Positions 36,601-50,283 are shown, counted from the first letter of the stretch. The stretch is DNA of 64,000 nt from Ramazzottius varieornatus (GCA_001949185.1 BDGG01000017.1:558001-622000), one strand, 5' to 3'. Program-made: numbers and translations. Notes: generated by a model from the sequence alone, not told the origin.

Positions 36601-39600
36601 ATATGCTGCACGGACGGCATACGGCAACGAAAATTTTGTTATAACGGCAAATTTTTCTCTGAATTGAGATATCTTAGGAAACAGCAAACCATCAAGCTTT
36701 TTGACCAAGAAAGATGGTACATCGCCAAAAAATATCGGTGAAAATTTCACCACAGTCATTAAAACAGCGTTTCTGAAAGAGTGCTTGAAGCCTAGGATGC
36801 TGAAAATCAAAAGGAAGCTCCGTCTCTGGCTTACAGCACACGAAAACACACGTTACATGACCGACATCAGCTTATTCGGTGAATTCCGAGAGAGAAACAC
36901 CCGACAAAACAGGCAATCAGTCACAAACTTCATGCTACCAGCTACGGCGCCTGCGTCACTGGGCGATGCGGTGCGGACGGACACCGTCCCGGAATTTTAC
37001 GGCGCGTACTGTGCGGCATTTTTCCTCCAATTTTCCTTGCGGTTGCGTACGGCCGTACCGCACTGCTGCCGTATGGTTCCGCAACACTACGCGGTTTTAT
37101 ACTCTGCACCATTTGGTCGTAAATCGATGCAGCCGTCGATGGGATGGCCATAATTGCTTATACTAAAGCTTGTCTTGTATAGGTGTGGCGGAAACCATCT
37201 ATATGAACTCGAATACAGATCGCGTTGACGACTTTGAACTGTACCAGCTTTCCTCCTCGTCGGACGGTAAATTTCGGGTAGGTCAACCGGTGAAAGTAAA
37301 ACTGTCTTGTCGCTGCCAGATGCCCTAACGTAACCGTAACGTTTACGTTGAAGGCTGTGGCGCAGATGCTGGGAGTGGAAGGACAGTATCGCGAGACCGA
37401 GGCGATATCCTGGCTCAGTGCCGACGGTAAGCCGCCGGCCAATCGACCTTTCTGTGGCTTTGACGGTAACGACCCAATCTGCCTGCTTCAACGACAGAAA
37501 ATTTTGGGAGGATCCCTTGGTGCTGTTTTTCTTTTCCTTCTGGTGTCGAGTCTCGTCGGTCTGGGTGTGGCTCGCTACCTCAGCCATCGCAAGGAGATGA
37601 ACAACTTAGACTGGCTGGTCAGCTGGAACGAGGTTTTCGTCTACCAGCGCGCCCGTTCCAGCGCTAGCCGCAGCAGCATTCGGAGTGGCGGGAGCGTACC
37701 TCCCGAAGGTGAGCCAGTAGAAAATATGCCACAATGGGAGGTCGGCAAACAGATTCCGCAAGTCTTTATTCCACAAGCGGCGTAGGTTTCCTGTAATGTT
37801 AGCTGGAAGGGTGCGCCTCTTGGGACCTCGGCAAGATTGTGTTGGAAGTGGCGCATGTTGTCGCTGTTGTTGGGTGAAAGCGTGCGCCGCTTGGAAATAT
37901 CATCTTGTCAAATTTATTTGCCGAGCTGCCCAATGATATTTTGGAGAAGCAGTTGTGTTCTACCATTCGCTTCTGTTATGAGTCAACCGATCAGTTCTGA
38001 GTTTAAAGGTATGACTGAACTGCCGGCTGCCAGCAACCAACCGAAGAGTGACAAGACGGCGGCCAGTGGGGTGCCCATGATGCCGATGCCATTTCGGTTG
38101 CATTCCAGGAGTACGCTGACACAGAAGGAATCGGACATCAAGAGTCGGGAAACTATCAACAAAGGCAGCACGGTGGTGGCTACAGTTCGGGGAGTGTTGG
38201 TCGTTCTCCGCATGTGTGAAGGGGCGCATGTCGACCTGAGTGCGAGGACCCGTCAAGAGGTCAGGACCGTCAAAAGCCTCAACAATGAAAACTTAATGAA
38301 GTTCGTGGGCGCCTGCATTGAGAGCGACCACGTTTCCGTCTTTGGAGAATACTGTTCAAGAGGAACACTGCAGGTGAGAGCGGGTCATGCCCATTGATCT
38401 CTCCATGGTTTCTTGCGGCAAGTCCCATCTTCCAAGTACAGACAAATCATATCAGCCTATGCGGCAAACCCTTCGACCGTGTCTCATAAAATGCTCGGGA
38501 ATATTCTCACAAGACAGATGGGACTTGGTTTCTACTGTAAATGGGCATGATGCTCACTTATTGAGGCAATTATCACCCCCAAACAAAGTGGGCAGTTATC
38601 CTAAATTCAAAGGCCGGTTGTTCGCGTTGTGCCATTTCTCTTATGATGAATAATTTTCTGTACGAGGGAAAGGTCGTAAAGTTAGCCCCTTCATACCGGG
38701 TTAGTAAAGTTAGCCGTCTGAGTTCGCCTGTTCTCTACTACTAAATCCCAAACTTTTAACGATAGATCGATAGATAAAATAATGGGCTGTTGAGTGGTAT
38801 TAGGCATAGTTAACACGAGGAATCAGAGAATCCAACAGATCCGCAACTAAAAGAACGTTGAAATCTCATATTAAAAAGCCAAGACTGACAATCCAATAGT
38901 CAATCAAGCAATAGACGCTACAGCCGTTGATAACTTTACAAACCCGGTATGGCGTGGCTAAGTTTACAACCTATACCTCGTATATGCAGCCGACCCGTCC
39001 CAACGAAACACCGAGTCGCCGAGGGGTTCCTGCTGGGTTCAAAGAGGACGTTTTTGCCTTGAGTTTAAAGCTCTGTTTCTGCTGTCTTCATGACCTAATC
39101 TGAGCAGAAACAGAGCATCCTGCTCACTTCAAGCTGAAAATACCGGAGAACTTATGGATTTTTGAAGAGCCGTTTTCGAACACAGCAGGAACCGCGATCC
39201 GGCTAGGGAGGGGATGACTCATTACCAGAATGTCTTTTGGCCGAGGCGAAAGAAGTGCAAAAAATTATAAGGACCGAACTAAAAAAAGATGCGAAAACTG
39301 ACAGAGGCTCCGTTGCAGGATGTGTTGTTCAATGACGTCATCGCCTTAGACTGGGCCTTCCGGCTGTCCTTTATCAACGACCTATTACGGGCCATCAGCT
39401 ACCTGCAGTCCAACACCGTCTTGCAGTGTCATGGCCGACTGACCTCCAAGTGCTGCTACATCGACAAGCGCTTCGTCCTAAAGGTGGGCGACTACGGTCT
39501 TCCTTCCTTCTACAACACTGTAACCGCCATCGAGAGAAGAGAACCAGCCGACATGCTGTGGAGTGCTCCCGAGATTTTGAGGTCGCGTAACACCAACAAG

Positions 39601-41842
39601 GCCAGTGCCGAGGGCGACATCTTCGCCTTCGCCATCATCTTGTCGGAAGTTATCACGCGTGAGTCTCCCTACTACAAATCCAACGCTAGTCCCGAAGGTA
39701 CAAGCTTTCCCTATCTCTAGCAAGCAGGCAGGCAGGCAGGCAGACGAAACATCTCAACATCGCTGTCTCAAGGAGCGCACTGTTCTGTTGTTCCTGACAG
39801 GAAATGTGCGCCACCTGGAAAACCCGACAAGCTGGTTTTCCCAAGTGGCGCACGTCATGATTGCGATTCACTGGAAACGTGCGCCACTTGGGATAATGAC
39901 CATGTATATTTCCTAACTTTTCTTAGCCGGCCTTCCAACCAGCACTTCTGCATTGACTGTCCGTTCCTTGCAGAAATTGTTCGGCGAGTGGAGCGATCGG
40001 AGCATCCGCCTTTTCGCCCGACCATCGACGACCCCTTCGTTAATCAGGAGATCCTCTTCGTTATGCAGTCCTGCTGGGCCGATTCACCCGCTAACCGACT
40101 GAAGATTCCACAGGTGCGCAACTGTCTGCGCCTTCTCTCCAAGTAAGACCATATCCTGTTTGCTTTTATTCTTCTGCCTTAGAGCACTTCCGTCTGCTTA
40201 CAGGTCGAACGGAAATGAAAATAAAAGCAACATCATCGATACGCTGCTGGAGAGAATCGAGCAGCACGCCCAGAGTCTGGAAGATTCGGTAGAGGAAAAG
40301 ACGCTGGCTCTGGTGGAGGAGAAAAAGAAGACGGACCAATTACTCTACTCCATATTACCCAAGTACTCTGCTGTCTACAGCTGGCCATCCGAATACAGAT
40401 CAACTGACTGTATGTATATTGCTGATGTGTGCAGGTCCATCGCCGAACAGCTCAAGCGTGGAGAGAACGTCTTCCCCGAAAGTTACGAAGGCGTGACCAT
40501 CTACTTTGGTGATATCGTGGACTTTACCCGCCTTTCCTCCAGCAGTACACCCATGGAGATTGTCAACTTGATGAACGACCTATACTATCAAGTAAGCTCT
40601 TTGCTTCGCTGACCATCAGCCACACAAGAAAATTATGATATTAAATTGAGTTTCTTGTAGTTTGATCAGATCATTGCTGGGTTTGACGCATACAAGGTGG
40701 AAACGGTCGGCGATTGGTAAGCAGCTTCACTGGTTTGGGTACGACAAAGACTTTGACGGTGACGGTTGTTCTTGGCAGTTACGTTATTGCCAGCGGATTA
40801 CCAAATCGTAACGGCCAAAAGCACGCCAGCGAAATGGGGCGTCTGGCCTTAACGCTACGAGAAGCCGCTAAAAGCTTCAAGATTCGCCACCGCCCAGGAA
40901 CGCCCATCGAGCTGCGCATAGGCCTTAATTCCGGACCTTGTGTGGCTGGCGTCGTCGGCTTCCAGACACCTAAATACTGCTTGTAGGTCATCCCTGTCAC
41001 AAGTCTTGAACCCTCGAAAAGTAGTGTACACGCTCGACGAGATATTATGGGCCAGTAGAAATTACGGGCCAGGCGGAAAAGACGGCAAGTTTATGTATGG
41101 AAGTGAGAAACAGAAATCGGACAATTGACATAACGGAGTTAAATTCAACCGTAGAAAATCGTCATGGACAGTGGCCATCAGCTGATCAGTTGTTTTACTC
41201 TAACGCTTCAACGCTGCTGTCGATGTTGTCCCGGAGAAGCCTTGGACTAGGTTGAACTGTTGAAGGTGTGTGTGTTCCGGTAAAATGGAGATCTAACTGC
41301 TATAGCAAATATTACAAGCTTTAGCTCTTCGGCCCAATATCTAGCACGTACGTACAGCAGTCCAGCCTTCGATGAATCGATGTTGGTTTTTACTTGTAGC
41401 AAGAATCACCTGCCCGTGCCGCCGTAGGGAAAGGGCCTGGTCCGTAATTTCTACTGGCCCGTAATATCTCGTCGAGCGTGTACTGCATAGACCATGCTGC
41501 TGTAGATTCGGAGATACCGTCAACACGGCCAGTCGAATGGAAAGTACCGGCGAAGGTGAGACGACTTTGTATTAGTCTCCCGCTTTCTCGGCGTGTACGT
41601 CGACTTGTTGGTTGATTTTCACAGCCATGAAGATTCAGATAACGGAAGCCACTCGCAACATCCTGCAGTTTTTCTCCAGCTTTGAACTTGTTCTGCGCGG
41701 CGTTGTACCGGTGAAGGGTAAGGGCGAAATGACCACTTTCTGGCTCGAAGGACTCAAGTCCGACAACCCTTCCGACGCGGCCAGTTATCCCTTCCCTCCT
41801 CCCGCTACTGCGACACCTCCTCTCACCTCCATGGACATCTGA
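33669..41842 (+). CDS. Receptor (ANPR-like) guanylyl cyclase 2
   Basis: Same architecture as cyclase 1. [62 protein letters not shown]. All junctions are in phase. Confidence 0.92.
34864..35520. mobile_element. CGATAT-rich non-autonomous element, copy 2 (intronic, CAG-ended)
   Basis: Ends CAGTGCTGGCAAAAGTAAC and TCGTATTTCTTCCAGCACTG. The right part is the reverse complement of the 33191 element type. No TSD seen. Confidence 0.5.
37735..37933. repeat. GTGGCGCAC palindromic element (two units) in cyclase 2 intron 37709-38008
   Basis: TGGGAGGTCGGCAAAC...TTTGCCGAGCTGCCCA termini. Confidence 0.85.
38663..38980. mobile_element. Tc1/mariner-type MITE (intronic)
   Basis: About 50-bp imperfect TIRs TA|CGAGGGAAAGGTCGTAAAGTTAGCC...GGCTAAGTTTACAACCTATACCTCG|TA with TA flanks. 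Confidence 0.75.
39740..39935. repeat. GTGGCGCAC palindromic element (two units) in cyclase 2 intron 39698-39973
   Basis: TTTTCCCAAGTGGCGCAC-N25-GTGCGCCACTTGGGA. Confidence 0.85.
41029..41480. mobile_element. MITE with TA target duplication (intronic)
   Basis: About 45-bp near-perfect TIRs TA|CACGCTCGACGAGATATTATGGGCCAGTAGAAATTACGG...CCGTAATTTCTACTGGCCCGTAATATCTCGTCGAGCGTG|TA. Confidence 0.85.
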
Positions 41843-42138
41843 TTGTTTCAGCAACCTTCTACTCAGATCCTCACCCAACTGATCTCATTTTAATTTTATT
41901 CTTGTCACATGATAATGACATTGAAGGTCAACAGAACAATTTACTTTTCTGTTAATCTGTAAGAATTTCTTCCACTTCGATTCTATCGACTCGTTTGGCA
42001 TGCAGCATTTAGCTGAACGACGATATGTGCCAAAACTATATAGCAGAAAAGTTCGTACGTCGAAAAGGAAAGTCTATCGACACAGTCACTCATATAGTAG
42101 AAGTAAAATTGACTGAAAACTAGGAGATACATCAAGGT

Positions 42139-45100
42139 CTACATCAAGTTACTTCGGCGTCGTCGACGAGCCCGAGTGGCGGCTGAGCGACCAGCAGCAA
42201 TCGCTCCGCGAGCAGCGCCTCGTGGTACCACAGCCCGTGGCATTAGAGGTACCTGATCAGTGGCAGAGTCTGTTGAAGCGACGACCGGTGCCATGATGGG
42301 ACGTCTTTCGGGCGAGGACAGTAGGCCAGGGCTGAGGCGCAATGCTCCTCGTCCAGCACGGCCAGCACGTGGACCAGCTGGACGCCGAGCAGGACGACCA
42401 GCTGAGGGCGAAAGACGCGATGCGGCCTGACCACTCCCAGAGGGCAGGCTATCATCTGCAAGAATAAAGGCAACATTTCGGACACCGGAAAATAAACTTG
42501 AAAAAACGACCAGATCGTTCTTTCAAAGTGGCGCATACTTCCATTGTTATTGCATGATAACGTGCGCAACTCAGAAAAACACGACAAGATTGCTGCCTCC
42601 AAGTGGCGCACTTTTTCGGAAGCGCGCGCCACTTGGAAAAGCGAGCTACTCTTATTTGGTATCATCGCTTGTTGTATCTGATGCTTATCCTTACTGTCAG
42701 CCGAAGCGACTGAAGCTTCTCCGGGGCATGGGACCATTGGTTCCGGCACCTGGCTTCTTCTGGTAGGGCGACGCGGACTGACATACGCCGGCTGCTCATT
42801 GGCTTGCGAAGTTGGGACGTTGTCCGTGCCTTCACCGGCCATTTCAACAGAGACCGATGGCAGAGAGGGAGCTGCCGAGTCTTCGGCACCTTGGAAGGAG
42901 CTGCTGTCTTCCGAGGCCGCGTTCAGTGCGTCCTCGAAGAACTGGCCGCGAATATTGTGGGGAGTCGGTGGCACTTGCGAAGCTGTGACGTCTTCAATGG
43001 CCTCCGACATTTCACCGAAGAAATGCGGAACGTGCGGCATCCTACGGAACCCATCATTCTTGTTAGCTCGTGAAAATCAATACTGATCAATGCGTTTTAT
43101 GCGCCTGCATACACCTTAGTTGTTCGACAATGCATTCGGATGTAGGTACGTGCGACTATGTAAAAAACTTGGGGGGACTAAAGACTAAAGGGCGAAAGAA
43201 CGGTCTAGTAAAGTTGCACATACGCATTGCCTTCGTCTTCCCTACAGGGCGTGATCAGCTTGGGAGTTGATGGCACCACTCCGTATTCATCTGGTCCACT
43301 TTCGTATCGTCCACTCAACTAAAAGACCATACAATGCAAGGTAATCAGCTTATCTCTCGAACCTGCATACTCTAAACCGTGCTCACACCACGGTAGACAA
43401 GTATGTAGTCCCTTGATAACTTTTAACTACAGTACATGAATTTATCAGTCACCTACGTACCACTGATAGGCCAGGTGTTCGTGGTGGCAGACCCAGAGAG
43501 CTGGAGGGTATGCCCAACATGCCGGAAGAATGTGCGGGACCTGAGGAGCGTGGGCTCTGAGATAAGGAAGGTCGGTCCAGAGGAGTCAAGGATGGACGTG
43601 ATCGCCCAGTGGAGGTTGAGGGTTGCGGCAGCAGGGCGCCACCTTCCGATGCTCGAGCCTGCTCTGGGGCTTCATGTACAGCAGCTTGGGCAGGAGAGGT
43701 AAACTGGAAAGAACTGGAAGTGGGGTGACTGGGGTTACCGTCGTCCTCGTCGTAGCTGCCCGATGATGACTCTTCGTCTTCCCGTGGCGTCACGTCGTAT
43801 ATGCCACCCTCTGCAAAAATCCCAACTGATTTATTTCTCTTTCACAAAACTCTCTGCCTTTTAGGATATCGATTGCACCATGAGGCTGAATTACTCCGCT
43901 TCGACTTTTCCCCGAAACGTCATATACAGATTGGGACGTCGGCAAATGATATGAACCCGATTGCTATGTTCAGTGGCGCACGTTTCCATTGTTGCTGGCT
44001 GACAGTGTGCACCACTTGCAAAAACGATCTGGTTCAAGTCATTTGCCAGCCCAATCCTTGCTCATCATACCGGCTTGATCAGCTGTTTCGGATAGCTCGT
44101 CCGAGAGTTCGCCCGAAGGGCTGACGGCTCCTTCGCTGGACTGGGTCACCAAGTCCTCAACGTCCTTCTCACCCGCTTCCTCGTCATTGTCCGGAGCAAT
44201 CTGACCAATTTCCTGCAAGAGCAGACAAGCTGGAATTATGCAGTGGAGGCAGAAAGACGGTTAAAGGGTCGTCATTGGACATACCTGTCCGTCGTCGAGC
44301 GCAACGTCTTCTTGTTCGACATCCTCCCCCTCGTCAGGTCGTTCAGCGTCGACTTCGTCGTTGACCTCCATCTGGTCATCGGGTGAAGGCTGCTGTTCTT
44401 CCTCCTCCATGTCCAGCGCCACGTCTTCGCCTTGGACATCGCCAGTAGCCCCATCGGTTCCCACTTTGGGTGACTGGATGGGCTGCTGCGCTACCTCTTG
44501 CCTCTCCTCGTCTCTGCAAGACCAAGTCTAATCATTTTGTTTCTCTCTCCACAACTAGACAAGGATGTCAGTAGAACTGACGCTAACTGAGGCCACTGTC
44601 AAAGTCTTACATGGGAGCTGAACGGGAGTCAGATCGCGGACGGTTAACAGCCGGTGTCTCCACGGCCCCGGCCGAGCGCGAGTTGATGCGGGTACGCTGG
44701 GCCAGCGACGAGTTGGTGCTGCTGATGACGTCGGACGAAGTGGGGTTGGAGGAGACATCGCGCCGTAACCGCTTGAAGAGCTCCTGACTGTCTGCGCTAT
44801 CCTTGGAACTACGAAAAGAAAAGCAGCAATCGTTTTCAGAGAGAAGAGCATGCCTAGAGAGCTGATCGTTTAAAGGCAATAGCTAGTACACACTGCGACT
44901 GGTCGGAAGTGGAGGGGAGGCGAGAGCGTTTGGTGGACGGTAAAGATGCAGGTCCCGCCGAGGTGCTGGAGCTAGTCTCCATGGAAGGGTGTGGTGAAAC
45001 CATGGGACTTTGCAGTATGTGAGGCGGCGCTTCATGAACGGCTGGATCACTGGCCGTAGCACTGCCACTTCCATCCTACACTCACAGCAAGATAACGTCG

Positions 45101-48100
45101 TAGTATCTCCTATATGGGCAAGATATAATTCGACAAGACTGTCATCCCAAGTTGCGCAACCTACCAGCTAACCAGACTGACAACGTGCGCCACTTGGAAT
45201 CTCGGCAATATTCTTAAACAAAAATGGCGCAGGATTCCAGCTAACAATGCTGAAATCGTGCGCCACTTGGTACATCACTATTGTCGAGTTTATGGGTGAG
45301 CTTCCTCATAACAAGCTCTAATTATAAAGCGAAAGAACTGACCAGGGAGAGGTTGGGGGCAGGTGCCGCCGAACTCCTGGCACCTCCACTCAACAAGGAA
45401 GATGCCGGCCTGAGTCTGATCCTGGCGGCAGCCGAGGCCGACGCCGCCGCCCCATCAGTTCGGTCGCCGCTTCGGACCATGGCATTCAACTGCTCGAGCA
45501 GCTGTTTCTCTTTGGCCTGAGAGGACTGCACTTCCGCTCTCAGCCTACTCTGCCCATCGCGGGCTTTAGCCAGCTCCACCCTGGCCTTGTTGCACTCCTC
45601 CACTGCTTGGAGACACATGCGGTCCCTGGCAGCCAGCTGCGTTTCCACACTCCTCATCTTGTCCCGCAGTGTCTGTTCCGTACTGCCACACTCACCATGG
45701 ACCTTTTGCAAGGCTTCCAGCTGCTCTTTCACCGCTTCTGCTTCTTGTGTTTTGCTAATCAGCGTATCGACATTCTTCTTTCTCATGTCTTCGAACTGTT
45801 TACGGTAATGTTCCTTCTGGTTCTCTAGGTCGCTCCTTCGCTTCTTCTCCAACTCTGCCTTCTGTTTCTTCAGGTTCTCCAGCTCGGCTCTGTGGGCCCC
45901 CGTATCGAAGCGCTCGATGGAAGCTTTCAGCTCACCTTCCAGCCTTCGCTTTTCTTCACTCAACTCGTTCCTTTCAGCCCTCAATCTCTCCATTTCGCTC
46001 TCCAACACCTCAGTTTGTCTACTCATCTGCTCGCCCTTCTGTCTCAGCTCTTTTACAGTCTCATTCAGTGTCAAGGCTTCGTTTCGCAGTGTGGCGCTAT
46101 ACTCGACCATGCTGCTCAACAGACTACTCTTCTTCTGGTACATGCTCTGCCACACATCCTTACTCTGCTCGTCTCGCAACATCGTCCCTGCGGCCACATT
46201 GTCTGCCACGCTCTCATCTTCTAATCTTCTCAGCATAGCCAGCTCTTCTTGAGCTAGTTTCAGACGCTGCTGCAGAAGACCACTATGACGGACCATGTGC
46301 GACAGAACCGAACCTGCGAAAAGAAAACGTCACTATCAACTACTATTGTCAATCGTTTACAGTAGACAGTTATGAAAAATGTGGTTAACAAATCGGCAAC
46401 ATTAAATTTTCAGGTCAGTAAGGTTTGAAGGTCGGAAGAAGGGTTGAAGATCGAACAGGATATTTTCCGACCTTGTTCTTGAGTTTCCTGCCGTCCTGCA
46501 AGGGTGGAGTCCATCCAGGTTTGATGGTTGTTAATCTGCTCGGTCAGCAAGCGCACCTCTTCGCGCCACGTCTTCTCTCTAGCTGCTGCCTGGCTCTTGA
46601 GCGAGGTGATGGTATTCTTCCAGTGTTGCTCTTGCTTTTCATGCTCGCGTAAAGCCAGCTGCAGTGTAGCAACTTCTGCACGTGCATCCTGCAAACTGGC
46701 CAGTGCTGCTTCATGTGCCTGAGACTCCAAGGCAAGACGAGCCCTGCAAAGAAAAAAAGTCTATGACAGTCCCCTTTTCAACTTCCACCATTTTACCTTC
46801 GTCTAGAAAGTTTACGGACCGTATACAAGACCATTTTATTCCGTACCGACTAGTGAGATTTGCTATCATCTCCATATCTGCATCACCCGAAGGCTTGGTC
46901 GTTGGCTGGCCCGAGACTTGGGCCTGCAGTGAGGACAGGCGTTGTTGGAGAGCTTGGTTCTCCGCCTGAAGACGGTCCAAGTTGTCCAACGAAGCCAGCT
47001 TAGCCGACGCCTGGTGCAGCAGCAGACGGTCACTTTCCACTTCGCTCTTTATTCGCTTGCTCTCGCTGACCCAGTACACAATGTCAGCGTTGGCCAGCTG
47101 AGCTGACAGTGTTTCCTACAAGACAATTACTCCACATAACATGAACGAGCAGGTGTCGGGAAAACAAACCATACTAGGATCTCTTCGCATTTCTTTCTGA
47201 TTCCCAAGTTCGACTCAGAAAACCCGTTGCAAAGATGCTTATTATAACGTGGCTTTGGCTTGACTTACGATAACATTTTCCAGATGTTGGATTTCCCCAC
47301 GTGAAGTCTGCTCTTTCATTGAGAGAAGCTCTTTTTGGCTAGCTACTTCTACCAGCAACGATCGAATCTGACTGATCTCCGAAGACTGCTGCATGGAAGC
47401 CATCTTTTCCTTATCGAGTCCCTAAACGTCACACTTTGAATAACTGGGAAGCATTTCTGTACGACCACAGAGAGAAACTAACTTTCGACCTGGGCTTACC
47501 TCAGCGAGATGTCGGCGTGCTTTGTCCGCCTCTTCCAGTTTCGCCTTGGCTTCCTTCAGCTCATCATCCAGGCGACTCTGTTGGCTCGCCAGCGTGGCCT
47601 TGTCCTGGCGGAGCTGATAGCACTGGGCGGTCAAGCTACATATCGACTCGTCAGCTTCAGTCAGCTGGGCCCTCACTCGTTCTATTTCACTGCTGGAGAA
47701 GTGCTGGCTATCTTTGAGGCTGGTACACAGCTGGGCGTTCTGTGTCTGCAGATCCGTCTTGGCCTGCTGTAGTACTGTTATGGCATTCTTTAATGACTCG
47801 ACCTGCCGGACCTGAGCTTCAGCGCCATGCTCGGCTACGAACGCCCACAGCACGGCTTGATCGCGCGCTACCGTCATCACCTGCAAAATACAGAGCCATC
47901 ATTCGACCGTCTCTTTGTTATTTCTATCGCCGTCTACATGCTTGTATCAAGCTGATTAAGAGCAAACAAACTTGGCAAATTTTTTCCATAAGTGGCGCAC
48001 GTCACCAGTGCGGCATGCTGGGTGCCTGCGCCACTTGTACAGACGGTAAGAATTTCATCGCAAGTGGCGCACCCTTCCAGACAGTAATACTGGAGGCCTG

Positions 48101-49718
48101 CGCCACTTGGAAAGCCATCTTGTCAAATTTGTCGGCCGCAGCTGCTGTACCTCGTCGTAACGCTCAGGAGCGTGGGCGATCAAGCTAAAGAAGTTTCTCT
48201 TCTGGTCGTCTTCTGCTTGCTCCCTGTACAACTGTAGCTCACGCTCCGTTGCAGCCATGTTCCCACTTTCCAACAAAGATCTGGAGCGGTCGGAGCTGAC
48301 AGTTTTCTCAGCCCAGGCGCCCTCTCTCTTCAGCCGTACGATCAGCTTCTCGGCTTTGCGCAGCACCTGCGCAGTCTCCATTGCTGAGTTACGCACCTCG
48401 GTCAGCTCCTCGCCGAAAGTTTGAACGGTCTGTAAAGTAGGGTATCAAGAAAACCCAGCTGAGTTCATGAGTAAGGTAACGTACTTGTAAGGACTGCTTC
48501 TGTTGGACTTTCAGCCGAGCATTCTCCTCTTCTAGCGCAGCCACCTTGTCTTCGCTGGCCACAAGACTGGCATACAGTTCCGAAGTCAGCTTGAACTGGC
48601 CGTTGGGCGCATTGCTGTACTGCGTCAGCTGCCCCCGGGCATTTCGCAGTTGCCGGCTCAGTTCCCCCACCTGTCCATCTTTCTCCCTCAGTTCCGCCTG
48701 TAGCTTGGCATTGCTATCTTGCAACGTCTGCAGCTCATCCACATGTACTACGGAAAGCAAAACAAAAACGTGAAGGTTTCTGCTCAAGAAAACGACGACC
48801 GGAAGTGAGTACTCACCACGCTGAACTTCTTCCCGTTCCTTGCTGGCTTCCGCTGCCTCCGCTTCCAACTGCAGTTGGTCTTCCAACAGCTTCCGAGTGT
48901 GTTCGTTAAGAGCACCGATCACAGCTTCTTGTCTGCCACTGTGGCTTGTGTGATGCTCCATCCATTTCTTCCTGGACTTTTCGGACTACATAACGACAGC
49001 AAAATAAGACCGTATCATATCCTCGGATGCACTCACGCATTACGTCCCTTTCATAAATACTAAACGCAGCAACATCATAAATGTCCCGCACGACTGAAAC
49101 CGGTCGGTTAGCTTGTAAGTAGATTTTGTTTGTCTGTACGAAACTACCTACCTCTTCGAGGAGCTTTTGGGCAGCGGTGAGCCGAGTTGTCCGTTCGGTC
49201 AGCTGGCGCTCCAGCAGAGCCGTCTTACTGAATTCTGTCCGCAAGTTGTCGCGCACCTGATCAACTTGCGACGATGACTGCTTCAGCTGTGCGTCGTGAT
49301 AAATTTCCGCCGCTATCCTTTGCTCTTCCTGACGGAGTAGACGTTGTCGAAGAGACGAATTGTCTTCTGTCAATTGCTGTAACTGTGATCTGAGGTGGGC
49401 TTCAGCAGCCTATAAAGCAAAGATGGCACGGATCGCGTATAGCAAGGTGTATCAAAGAGCAGATGACATTGATACCTTGGAATATTTGAGTTCGCATTCG
49501 CGACTGGTCAGATCCATCCGAATGCGATACACCTCCCGAGCCATGTTGGCAATCTTTTCTTTCGGTAAACTTTGCAGGCCTGGTTTTAGAAGATACTACT
49601 AGACTACCGAGCGAGCGGCGACAACCAACAAAGCTAGGAGGAAAACGGAGAGAGATCACTGCTTACCGTTCGTGGCCTCCTGAGAGTGTCTCGGCCTTAG
49701 GTCAGATGAGCTGTCCAT
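42139..49718 (-). CDS. TPR: Nucleoprotein TPR/Megator-like nuclear basket protein
   Basis: About 19 in-phase exons. Long coiled coil followed by an acidic disordered tail. VVPSTPKLITPSNKNDGF...VPHFFG...VPPTP matches the TPR VPSTPTL...TDGF...VPRF...VPTTP motif. R/G-rich end. Confidence 0.75.
42478..42660. repeat. GTGGCGCAC palindromic element (two units) in a TPR intron
   Basis: One N25 unit and one unit with a shortened spacer. Confidence 0.8.
43931..44054. repeat. GTGGCGCAC palindromic element (one unit) in a TPR intron
   Basis: TTGGGACGTCGGCAAATGA...TCATTTGCCAGCCCAA termini with an N25 unit. Confidence 0.85.
45115..45304. repeat. GTGGCGCAC palindromic element (two units) in a TPR intron
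   Basis: Two N25 units ending GTGCGCCACTTGG. Confidence 0.8.
47958..48142. repeat. GTGGCGCAC palindromic element (two units) in a TPR intron
   Basis: AAGTGGCGCAC-N25-CTGCGCCACTTG twice. Confidence 0.85.
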
Positions 49719-49824
49719 TCCCGGTTACAAGACACATGGGCTTGTCCTCTCAGGTTCCGATCGATGCAACCATGTTGAAAACCACCGAAGGAGTTCTCAC
49801 GAAAATTCAGGGGCATTCACTGTA

Positions 49825-49985
49825 GAGCAGCAGTACTTCGCCGTCTGGAAGCAACGGCCTGCCACAATAGGTGTTGACTCAGCAGCCGCCGTAGATAACT
49901 GAAGAACGCCCATCGGCAGTTACGCCGAGAGTGGCGGATCGAGCGACGATCAAACTTATTACGGATCATCAACGGTAGAAATTCT
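49825..49985 (-). repeat. Second copy of the 17721-17882 segment, upstream of the TPR start
   Basis: Reverse complement aligns with 17721-17882. Confidence 0.8.
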
Positions 49986-50062
49986 CCTGTCGTATTGGCG
50001 CTAGAGTTTTCTTCTGTATGGAAGATGACGTAATGACAAATTCTGATATTTGCATAACACAG

Positions 50063-50283
50063 TAGATTATTTGTGATTTTAGCTTCAGCCTGTCACGCTA
50101 AATCTTGTTGTGGCGAAACATGTTATGCCAAAGTTTAACTGGCTGCGCACGCCGGTTTTGACCAACCAGGCTTCTTATGCTATTAAGTGATTGGTCGACT
50201 CCGCCTAAGAGGCATTTACCGTAACTGTTTTGCCATGACAAGATTTAGCGTGACAAACTGAAGCTAAAATTGCAAGTAGTCTA
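50063..50283. mobile_element. MITE/foldback (intergenic)
   Basis: About 60-bp TIRs TAGATTATTTGTGATTTTAGCTTCAGCCTGTCACGCTAAATCTTG and CAAGATTTAGCGTGACAAACTGAAGCTAAAATTGCAAGTAGTCTA. Confidence 0.8.

Noticed and set aside
36440-37155. TACGG/CCGTA-rich intron interior and ORFs at 36490-37166
   Set aside because: Probably an old repeat, but termini could not be defined and the ORFs have no recognisable protein features.
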